64,000 nt of DNA from an uncultured Candidatus Rokubacteria bacterium. Its GTDB lineage: Bacteria > Methylomirabilota > Methylomirabilia > Rokubacteriales > CSP1-6. Position 1 is the stretch's first letter; every line of letters starts with the position of its first letter. Under the pieces are notes generated by a model. That model saw only the letters and a program-made list of their open reading frames with translations. It was not told the DNA's origin and did no database searches. Both the position numbers and the translations under genes were made by a program. This document shows positions 10,928-19,839 of this stretch, one piece after another. Where the stretch lies: the NCBI GenBank assembly GCA_963747235.1, contig CAVVEU010000040.1:320001-384000 (forward strand), written 5' to 3'.

Positions 10928-12493
10928 CTAGCTGAGCGGGAGCATCTGGCCGGCGCGGATCCAGAGCTCCTCCCAGAGCCAGAGGCCGGCCAGCGCCAGG
11001 CCCGCGGCCAGCTCGGAGCCGAAGGGCACCGACGCGCTCAGCAGCAGCACGAGCGGCAGCGCGATGCCCGCGGCCGCCACGCCGCCCCAGAGCGGCGCGC
11101 GCAGCGGGCCGTGCGTCAGGAGCCGCGCCGCACGCCGCGCTTCCTCCGTGCCGTGCGCGCCGAAGAGCTCGGCGCCCAGCACCAGCGCGCTCACCAGCAG
11201 CGAGGCCCAGAGCACGAGCCCCAGGCCGCCCACGATGAACGACGCGCTGCCGACCACGCGCGCGGCGAGCAGCAGGCTGGCCGAGCCCCCGACGAGCGCG
11301 GCCACCAGCAGGTGCGGCAGCAGCAGCGGGCTCTGCCAGAAGTCGCGGCCCTCGGCCTGGCCGAAGAGAAACGCGCTGTAGCCCGCGGTCGCCGCCGCCA
11401 CCACCGCCATGGGCCAGGCCAGCAGGTGCAGCGCCACGAGATTGCCGATGAGGCCGGCCAGCAGCCACAACGTGCCCAGCACGCCGGCCGCGAACAGGAT
11501 GAAGCCGCCCAGCACGAGCCACGAGCGCGGATTCGGCTTGAAGATCAGGAAGAGGAAGCGCTCCGGCCGCTTGAGATCGAGCACGAGGAGCAGCGAGGTC
11601 AGCAGCAGGAAGGCCAGGCCGATCGCGGGCACCGCGAGGCCGGTCAGCGCGTCCGCGGTGAGGAAGCCGGCGCCGATGCCGAGCGAGGCGACCAGGAAGG
11701 CGCCCGCCGCGATGGACTTGGTCCAGAGATACGCGGCGACCTTCCAGCCCCACGGCCGCTCGGGGTGCGCGACATCGTAGACGGTACGCGCCAGCGCCAG
11801 CAGATCCATTCCGTCGGTCGCGGCCGTGACGCGGTCGGCACCGCCGGCTGCGCGACGGGACGATTCGGCTTGCCCGGGATTCGGGATGCGCCCGACCTGC
11901 GAGAACAGGTAGCCGCCGCGCCGCTCCTGCATCTCCGGCGTGAGCGCGGCCGACTCCGCGCCCACGTAGAAGAGCTTCGGCCGCGTCCCCTGCTCCGGCT
12001 TGCGCACCTGGGTCTGCTGCGAGGCCACGAGCCGCGCGATCGTGCTCCCCGGATCGTCGAGATCGCCGGGCACGATGGCCTGCACCGGGCACACCACGAC
12101 GCAGGCCGGCTCGAGCCCCGACTCCACGCGATGGGCGCAGTAGTGGCACTTGGCCGCGGTGTTCGTCTCGGGATCGATGTAGAGCGCGTCGTAGGGGCAC
12201 GCCTGCATGCACGACTTGCAGCCGATGCACCGCGAGCCGTCGAAGTCCACGATGCCGTCGGGCCGGCGGTAGAGCGCCACCGTCGGGCAGATGGTCACGC
12301 AGGGCGCGTTGTCGCAGTGGTTGCAGCGCATCACCGTGAAGTAGCGCCGCGTGTCCGGGAAGGTGCCCTTCTCGATGTACTTCACCCAGGTGCGGTTGAC
12401 GCCCAGCGGAACCTGGTTCTCCTCCTTGCAGGCCACCGTGCAGGCGTGGCAGCCGATGCACTTCCGCTGGTCGATCACGAAGCCGTAGCGCAT
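10928..12493 (-). CDS. Fused 4Fe-4S dicluster (PsrB/NrfC) + NrfD/PsrC membrane subunit
   Basis: CIGCHACTVAC, CNHCDNAPCVTICP, CIGCKSCMQACP, KCHYC..PACVVVCP, then PWGWKVAAYLW, DLKRPERF, RSWLVLG and several TM helices in one frame. Confidence 0.9.
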   Translation of the reverse strand: MRYGFVIDQRKCIGCHACTVACKEENQVPLGVNRTWVKYIEKGTFPDTRRYFTVMRCNHCDNAPCVTICPTVALYRRPDGIVDFDGSRCIGCKSCMQACPYDALYIDPETNTAAKCHYCAHRVESGLEPACVVVCPVQAIVPGDLDDPGSTIARLVASQQTQVRKPEQGTRPKLFYVGAESAALTPEMQERRGGYLFSQVGRIPNPGQAESSRRAAGGADRVTAATDGMDLLALARTVYDVAHPERPWGWKVAAYLWTKSIAAGAFLVASLGIGAGFLTADALTGLAVPAIGLAFLLLTSLLLVLDLKRPERFLFLIFKPNPRSWLVLGGFILFAAGVLGTLWLLAGLIGNLVALHLLAWPMAVVAAATAGYSAFLFGQAEGRDFWQSPLLLPHLLVAALVGGSASLLLAARVVGSASFIVGGLGLVLWASLLVSALVLGAELFGAHGTEEARRAARLLTHGPLRAPLWGGVAAAGIALPLVLLLSASVPFGSELAAGLALAGLWLWEELWIRAGQMLPLS

Positions 12494-12494
12494 G

Positions 12495-13282
12495 TCAGTG
12501 GCCGATCACGTCGTACCAGACGCGGAGCATGACCAGCGTGATGATCCCCGCGAGCACGCCCCGCAGCACCAGCACCGGCACGCGCCGGCTCACCCGGCTG
12601 CCCAGCGGCGCGCCGGTGAGCGAGCCCAGCACCACGGTCAGCGCGGGCCACCACGGGACCTGGCCGGTCAGCGCCTTGCCCAGGAAGCCGGTCACCGCGG
12701 AGATGCCCACCATGGCCAGCGAGGTGCCGATGCTGAGCCGCATCGGGAGGCGCAGCACGCCCACCAGCACCGGCACCACGAGGAACGCCCCGCCCGCGCC
12801 GACGAATCCGGCCACGACGCCGATGGCCCCGAAGAGCGCGATCACGACCGCGCGGCTGAAGGTCATCGGGGCCCGGTCGTCACCGCCCCGCGGATCGGCG
12901 GGTGCGACAAGCATGAGCGGCAGCGCGATCGTGGTCATGAGCGCGAACGTGACGAGGAGCAGCGCGCCCGGACACGTGGGAGGAGAGGATCGCGCCCAGC
13001 CAGCGAGCCCACCGCCATCGCGGCACCCCCGGTCAGCGCCAGCCCGCGGTGCACCAGCGCGTGCCGCCCGTGACTCCACGTGCCCACCGCCGCGGCCGCG
13101 AGCACCTGGGTCATGCTGAGCCCGGCCACCGCCTTGATCGGCAGCTCGCCCGCGCCCACCAGCGGCGGAACGTAGTAGAGCAGCGGGATCATCACGATGG
13201 CGCCGCCCACGCCGACGAGCCCGGAGACGAAGGCGCCGCAGAAGGCGAGGACGAAGAGGGTGATCTCCAGCGTCGGCGTCAC
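12495..13282 (-). CDS. TauE/SafE sulfite exporter family protein (frameshift near 12990)
   Basis: GAFVSGLVGVGGAIVMIPLL and GFVGAGGAFLVVPVL repeats, SIGTSLA. Confidence 0.85.
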
Positions 13283-13356
13283 GCGTGCGCCTGCCGCAGG
13301 GCATGGTGGCTCATGAGGGCCACCATGATAGCGCGACTGGCCCGTTCGAGCGCCGC

Positions 13357-13976
13357 TTACCTGAGGCTCGAGTAGTACGCGGCCAGGTCCCCGAGGGTCT
13401 CGTCGGGGATCGTCTTCAGCAGCGCCTTGAGCGCGGCCAGCGCCGGGTCGCCCGGGCTGCGCCGATCCTGCTTGAACAGCAGCATCTGCTCGCGCAGATA
13501 GCCGGGCGCCTGCCCGGCCAGGTTCGGAATCAGCTTGGCCGCGTCGCCCTGTCCCTGCGGGCCGTGACAGATCGCGCACTGGGCCGCCGCGCTGCCGCCC
13601 GCGGGCCACCGCGTCGGCGGGCGACTGGATGGGCGTGGGCTCGCGTCGGCGGGAGGCGAAGTAGGCCGCGACGTCGTCCACGCCCAGGTTCAGCACCTGC
13701 TTGGCGTAGGGCTCCATCTCGGCCGAGAGCCGCTTGCCCGCCGCGTAGTCCTGCGATCTGCTTCTTCAGATACGCCGCGTCCTGGCCCGCGATGATCGGC
13801 ATCGCGCTCGAGCGGCTATTGCCCGCCTGCCCGTGGCAGGCCGCGCAGGTGACGGACTTGAGCGCGCCGCGCTCGTCGAGCGGGCCCGCGGCGTGAGCGG
13901 CGCCGCCGGCCAGCGCGGCCAGCGTGAGCGCGACGACCAGAGCGAGACCACGTGGCGTGACACGCATGGCGCTCAT
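13357..13976 (-). CDS. Diheme c-type cytochrome (FccA/c4-like; two frameshifts)
   Basis: Signal peptide; CAACHGQAG..PIIAGQDAAYL and, after frameshifts, CAICHGPQG..PNLAGQAPGYL..LAAYYSSLR*. Confidence 0.82.
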
Positions 13977-15242
13977 GCCAGGATGTCCGCCCAGATGGAC
14001 TGGGTCCAGCCGATGGCCCGCTGGGCCACCAGCGGGCTCTGCGCCGGCGTGAGCTTCTGCTCGATCTGCACGACCTTGCCGTTCTCGATGCGGTACGCGT
14101 TCACCACCGCGATGGCCTCCCGGTCGCTGACCCAGCTATAGCAGGTGTTGCCGGGCGCGAGTGTCGGCGCCTCCTTGCCGTTGATCAGGCTGACCACCGA
14201 GGCGGCGGTGATCTTGCCCATCGCATTGGCCACGTTGCCCGACTTCGGCACGGGCAGGCCGATGGTGGCGTCGCCGATCACGTGGATGCCCGGCTGCTTC
14301 ACCGACTCGTAGGTGACGTGGTTGACCTCGCACCAGCGCTTGTCGCCGCCGACCAGGTCGGCCTGCACCGCGATGGCGCCCGCGCGCTGGGGCGGGATCA
14401 CGTTGACCACGTCGTAGCGGATCTTGTCGAACTCGGTGCGGACTTCCTTGTTGCCCGGATCCACCCCGACCACGCGGCTCGCGGCGCGGTAGTCGATGTT
14501 CGGATAGGCCTGCCACGCGGTCCGGAAGAGCGCGGTCTTGGAGATGATGTTCTGGTTGGCGTCCAGCACGATCAGCTTCGACCTGGGCTTGTTGGTCTTG
14601 AGGTACCAGGCCACCATCGAGGTGCGCTCGTAGGGGCCGGGCGGGCACCGGTAGGCCGCGAGCGGGATGCTCAGCACGAACACGCCGCCGTCGGGCATCG
14701 CCGCGAGCTGCTGGGCGAGCTGCACGGTCTGGGGACCCGCCTTCCACGCGTGCAGGACCTTGTCCTGGTTCTGGGCGAGCCCTTCCACCTGCTCCCACTG
14801 GAAGTCCACGCCGGGCGAGACGATGAGGCGGTCGTACTGCGAGATATCCCTCGCCGAGCCGCACGCGCTTCTGGTCGGGCTCGATGGCGGTGGCCGTCTC
14901 GTGGATGATCCGCACCCCGTGCTTGCGCAGGCCGTCGTAGCCCATCGTGAGCGAGTCGATCGAGCGCAGGCCCGCCAGGACCAGATTGCTGAACGGGCAG
15001 GAGATGAACTCGCGGTTGGGCTCGATCAGCACCACCTCGATGTTCGGGTCGAGCAGGCGCACGTACTTGGCCGCCGTCGCCCCGCCCCAGCCGCCGCCGA
15101 TCACGACGACGCGCGGGCCCTTCTTCGGGGCGAAGTCGCCCTTGATCGCGGTGGCGCATCCGGTGAGCCCGGCGCCGGCCAGCACGCCGAGTCCGAGGCC
15201 GGACGACCGCAGGAATGCCCTTCGCGTGACCACGCTCGTCAT
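13973..15242 (-). CDS. fccB: Flavocytochrome c sulfide dehydrogenase flavoprotein (FccB/SoxF; frameshift near 14840)
   Basis: Tat TRRAFL + LTGC lipobox; GGGWGG, SCPFSN, YRCPPGPYER, PKSG, NTCYS. Confidence 0.88.
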
Positions 15243-15326
15243 TGTGCCGCCGCCTCCCTGGTGCCGCGTCGAATTCTCAATTCTTGACCGGGATCGACGA
15301 GAATCTACCGAGGCGACCTGGACCTG

Positions 15327-16577
15327 TCAAGCCGATTGGGCGGTTCCGAGCACCTGCCTGACCCGCTCCAGGATCTCCTCGGGTGCCCCCGCGAGGTGAA
15401 CGGGCGGCGGGAGCGGGGGCGGCGGGTGCTTGATCCCGGCTCCGGTCAGGACGAGCACGATGCGCGCCGTGGCGTCGACCTGGCGCTCGTCCAGCATCTG
15501 GAGGAGGGCGGCCAGGGTCGCGGCGGCCTCGGGTGCCGTCCAGATCCCCTCGACCCGGGCGAGCAGCTGCTGGGCATCCACGATCGCCTGCTCGCTGACC
15601 GTCTGTGGAAAGCCCCCGCTCTCTCGCAGGATGCGCAGCATCTGCCGGCCCGCGAAGGGTCCGGGCACGCGCAGGCCGGGCGCGTTCGTGAACGGGTTCT
15701 CCACCGCGGTGGTGGTCTCGGCCTTGTCTTCCCACGCGCGCGCCAGCGGCGCGCAGCCCTCCGCCTGCACCGCGACGAAGCGCGGCGGCGCGGCCGCGAC
15801 CCAGCCCATGGCCGCGAGCTCCTCGTAGGCTTTCCAGATGCCGACGAGACCGGTGCCTCCGCCGGTCGGGTAGAGGAGCCAGTCCGGAGCATCCCACCCG
15901 AGCTGCTCCGCGAGCTCGAGGCCCATCGTCTTCTTGCCCTCGAGCCGGTACGGCTCCTTGAGCGTGGCCAGATCGAACCAGCCGATCCGCGGCGCGACCG
16001 CGGCGATGGCGCGGCCGGCGGTGGCGATCGTGCCGTCCACGGTGAAGACGTGGGCGCCGGCCAGCATCGCCTCCGCCACCGCGGCCTCCGGCGTGTCGCG
16101 GGGCACCACCACCGCGATCGGAGAGGCCGGCGCGGGCCCCGTAGACCGCGGCGGCGCCGCCCGCGTTGCCCGCCGAGGGGATCATCAGGCCGGTGACGCC
16201 GAGCGTGCGCGCGCGGGTGATGGCCATCCCGAGCCCGCGCGCCTTGAACGTGCCGGTCGGGTTCTGCCCCTCGTCCTTGGCCCAGAGATGCCGCAGGCCC
16301 AGATGCGCGGCGAGCCGGGGCAGCGCGAGCAGCGGCGTGCCGCCCTCGCCGAGCGTGATCGGCTCCTCGCCGTCGGCGAGCGGCAGCAGCTCGCGGAAGC
16401 GGTACATCCCGGGCGGACGGCGCGCGAGATCGTCCCGGGTGAGGGCCGCGGCGACGCGCGGCAGATCGTAGCGGACCGCGAGCATCTGGCCGCACTGCTC
16501 GCAGACGGTGAGCAGGCGGTGGTGGTCGTGGCGCCGGGCGCAGACCGTGCACTCGACGTGCGTGACGAAGCTCGTCT
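15327..16577 (-). CDS. thrC: Threonine synthase-like PLP enzyme (frameshift near 16120; start codon apparently damaged)
   Basis: CTVC..CEQC N-terminal Zn motif, TLGEGGTPL, KDEGQNPTGTFKARG, SAGNAG, RLEGKKTMG, PTGGGTG. Confidence 0.8.
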
Positions 16578-18646
16578 TAGTGCTTCTCTTTCTCGGCCCG
16601 GTGAGAAGCGACGACCTTCTCGGCCTGCTGGTTCGGCACCTCTTCGTAGTGCGAGAACTCCATCGAGTAGCCGCCGCGGCCGCCGGTCATCGAGCGCAGG
16701 CTCGACTCGTAGGTGAGCATCTCCGACATCGGGACCTGCGCGCGCACCGCCACCACGTCGCCGTCCGGCTCCATGCCCACGATGCGGCCGCGCCGGCCGT
16801 TGAGATCGCCGATGACGTCGCCCGCGCCCTCCGACGGCGCGGTGACCTCCACGTTCATCACCGGCTCGAGCAGGCAGGGCTTGGCCTCCATGAAGCCCTT
16901 CTGCAGGCCCATCGAGGCCGCGATCTGGAACGCCATGTCCGAGGAGTCCACGTCGTGATAGGAGCCGTCGTAGAGCGTGACCTTCAGATCCACCACCGGG
17001 TAGCCCGCGAGGATGCCGCGCTTCATGCAGTCGCGCACGCCCTTCTCCACCGAGGGGATGAAGTTGCGCGGAATCGCGCCGCCGAAGATGTCGTCCACGA
17101 ACTCGAAGCCGCCGCCGCGGGTGAGCGGCTCGACGCGGATCCAGGTGTCGCCGTACTGGCCGCGCCCGCCGGTCTGCTTCTTGTACTTGCCCTGCACCTC
17201 GGCGCGGCCCTTGACCGTCTCCCGGTAAGGAATGCGCGGCGGGAGCAGGGACACGTCCACGTTGTACTTCCGCTTCATCCGCTCCACCACGACCTCGACG
17301 TGGAGCTGGCCCATGCCCGAGACCAGGAGCTGCTTGGTCTCCGGGTCGTAGTGGTGGTGCAGCGTGGGGTCTTCCTCGGCCATGCGGTGCAGCGCGGTCG
17401 AGATCTTGTCCTCGTCGCCGCGGGTCTTCGGCTGGATCGCGAAGGAGATCGCGGGCTCCGGGAAGGAGATGCCGGGCAGCACGACCGGATGCGCCTCGTC
17501 GGAGAGCGTGTCGCCGGTGAGCGTGTCCTTGAGCTTGGCCACCACACCGATCTCGCCCGGCCCGAGCGCCTCGACGTGCTTCTGGGTCTTGCCGGAGAGC
17601 CAGCCGAGATGCCCGATCCGCTCGCGGCTGTCGCGGCTCGCGTTGTAGACCTGGCTGTCGGCGCGCAGCGTCCCCGAGTAGACCCGGAAGACGGAGAGCT
17701 TGCCCACGTGCGGGTCCGAGATGGTCTTGAACACCACCGCGCTGAGCGGGGCCTTGGGATCGGCGGCGCGCCGGGCCGCGGCCTTGGTGCGCGGCTCCGT
17801 GCCCTCCACCTCCGCCGCGTCGGCGGGCGACGGGAATTCCTTCACGAGGAGGTCGAGCAGCGGCGCGATCCCGATCCCGCGCGTGGCCGAGCTGGCCAGG
17901 ATGGGCACGAGATCGCCGGACATGATGGCCCGGCGCAGCGCGGCCAGCATCTCGGGCTCGCCGATCGAGCCCTCCTCCAGGTACTTCGCGAGCAGATCGT
18001 CGTCGGTCTCCGCGGCGGCCTCGACCAGCTTCTCGCGGTAGGACTTCGCGGTCTCGACGAGATCGGCCGGGATCTCGGCTTCCTTGACCTTGCCGTCAGC
18101 CAGGACCAGCGCCCGCATCGCGATCAGGTCCACCACCCCAATGAAGCTGTTCTCGGCGCCGATCGGGAGCTGCATTGGGACGAGCCGGCCCTTCAGACGC
18201 TTCTGCAGCGACTCGAGCGTGCGGAAGAAGTCGGCCCGCTCGCGGTCGAGCCGGTTCACCACGATCGCGCGCGGCAGCGCGAAGTCGTTGGCGAACTTCC
18301 AGACCTTCTCGGTCTGCACCTGCACCCCCGCCACCGCGTCCACCACCACCACCGCGGCGCCCGCCACCCGCAGGCCCGCGCGCGCGTCGGCCACGAAGTC
18401 GCCGTAGCCGGGGGTGTCGATGAGGTTGAGCCGGTGGCCCTGGTGATCGGCGAAGCCGACCGCGGTGTTCAGCGAGATCTTGCGCTTGATCTCGTCGGGG
18501 TCGAAGTCGGTGGTCGTGGTCCCGTCGTCCACACGCCCGAGCCGGGTGCTGGCTCCGCACGCGAACAGGATCGCCTCGACCAGGGAGGTCTTGCCCACGC
18601 CGCCGTGGCCAACGAATGCGACATTGCGGATCTTGGCGATGTCCAT
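16577..18646 (-). CDS. fusA: Elongation factor G paralogue (EF-G2 type)
   Basis: 689 aa; GHGGVGKTS, DTPGYGDF, EEDPT, GMGQLH, KKQTGGRGQYG, GSYHDVDSS; outside an rpsL-rpsG-tuf operon. Confidence 0.9.
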   Translation of the reverse strand: MDIAKIRNVAFVGHGGVGKTSLVEAILFACGASTRLGRVDDGTTTTDFDPDEIKRKISLNTAVGFADHQGHRLNLIDTPGYGDFVADARAGLRVAGAAVVVVDAVAGVQVQTEKVWKFANDFALPRAIVVNRLDRERADFFRTLESLQKRLKGRLVPMQLPIGAENSFIGVVDLIAMRALVLADGKVKEAEIPADLVETAKSYREKLVEAAAETDDDLLAKYLEEGSIGEPEMLAALRRAIMSGDLVPILASSATRGIGIAPLLDLLVKEFPSPADAAEVEGTEPRTKAAARRAADPKAPLSAVVFKTISDPHVGKLSVFRVYSGTLRADSQVYNASRDSRERIGHLGWLSGKTQKHVEALGPGEIGVVAKLKDTLTGDTLSDEAHPVVLPGISFPEPAISFAIQPKTRGDEDKISTALHRMAEEDPTLHHHYDPETKQLLVSGMGQLHVEVVVERMKRKYNVDVSLLPPRIPYRETVKGRAEVQGKYKKQTGGRGQYGDTWIRVEPLTRGGGFEFVDDIFGGAIPRNFIPSVEKGVRDCMKRGILAGYPVVDLKVTLYDGSYHDVDSSDMAFQIAASMGLQKGFMEAKPCLLEPVMNVEVTAPSEGAGDVIGDLNGRRGRIVGMEPDGDVVAVRAQVPMSEMLTYESSLRSMTGGRGGYSMEFSHYEEVPNQQAEKVVASHRAEKEKH

Positions 18647-18727
18647 GCCTACCTCCTGGGGAGGAAGAAGGACGATGCGGTCTGTGTGGCGGGGATGCTA
18701 CCACAGCGTTTCGGGGCCTTCCAGCGG

Positions 18728-19724
18728 TCAAGATGATGCGCTGTGCCGTACCTCCGCGCCGACGGCGTGGAGCAGCCGCTCCGGCGTGTCCGGATTGATC
18801 GAGCAATCGGGCCCGAGCAGGAAGCCGCCGGCGCTCATCTCGCGCGTGGCGGCGCGCGCCCGCTCGACGAGGGCGGCCTCGGTCATCCCCGCGATCTCGG
18901 GCTTGGCCGGGAGCCCGCCCACCACCGCGCGGCCGGTGCGCGCGCGCACCTCCGCGAGGGTCGGGTTGCCCGGCACGGTGGCGAAGCTCCACGCGGTGAC
19001 CGGGTAGTCGGCGAACTCCTCGAAGTGGATGCCCGTGCCGCAGACGTGGAGCAGGTTGAACGGAGCGTGCTCGACCGATTTCAGTATGCGCAGGTCCCAC
19101 GGGCGCTGCCAGCGGCGGCACTCCTCCGCGCTCATCAGCGCCCGCGTCGCCACGTTCGTGGCGTAGAAGAGCCCGTCCGCGCCGGCGGCCAGGCAGAGGC
19201 GCGCGTACTCCGCGAGCGTCTCCGCCATCACGTCGAACGCGCGCGCCGGTTTCACGCGGGGCGTCACGGAGGAAGCGCATCGCCTGGTCGCGGCCACCCC
19301 GGGCCAGCATCGGCAGGATCATCGGCGGCGCGAAGATCGTCCAGATGATCGGCACGTCGGGGCCGACCGCGGCGCGGATGAGCCGGAGCGCCTCGAGCTG
19401 CTCGCCGAGCGCGCCCTCGCGGGGATCCACCGCGGGCAGCCGCGCGAGATCGTCCGCCGAGCCCACCGGCGCGTGAGTGACGGTGTACGGCGTCGCCTTC
19501 TCGCCCGACGGCGCGTAGGTGAGCCCCCACATCTCGGCGAAGCACTGGGCGCGCGACTGCGGCTTGAGGAAGTCCCAGTCGAAGGCGCGCGCGAGCCGCA
19601 GCGTCTCGTCGGCCAGGCCCTTGGCCGAGTTCTCGGTCGCGAAGTTGTGGAGCCAGAACGCGAGCGGGATGCGGTCCACCGCCTGGCCCGCGAGCGCCGC
19701 CGTCACCCGCTGACGCTTCGTCAT
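18728..19724 (-). CDS. Uroporphyrinogen decarboxylase (UroD/MetE-like) family protein (frameshift near 19260)
   Basis: MTKRQRVTAALAGQAVDRIP.., TIFAP, AGADGLFYA, LLHVCG, GFLLGPDCS. Confidence 0.8.
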
Positions 19725-19737
19725 CGTGCCGGTCGGC

Positions 19738-19839
19738 TCATCGATCGGGTGATCTGTAGAGGCCGTCCACTTCCGGGATGCTCGTGTAGGTGTAGACCGC
19801 GAGCAGCAGCAGGAGCCCGAGGGCGAGCGATCGCCTCAC
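19738..19839 (-). CDS. Small ORF (33 aa) with signal-peptide-like N-terminus
   Basis: GTG overlaps amidohydrolase stop (GTGA); MRRSLALGLLLLLAVYTYTSIPEVDGLYRSPDR*. Confidence 0.35.
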   Translation of the reverse strand: MRRSLALGLLLLLAVYTYTSIPEVDGLYRSPDR

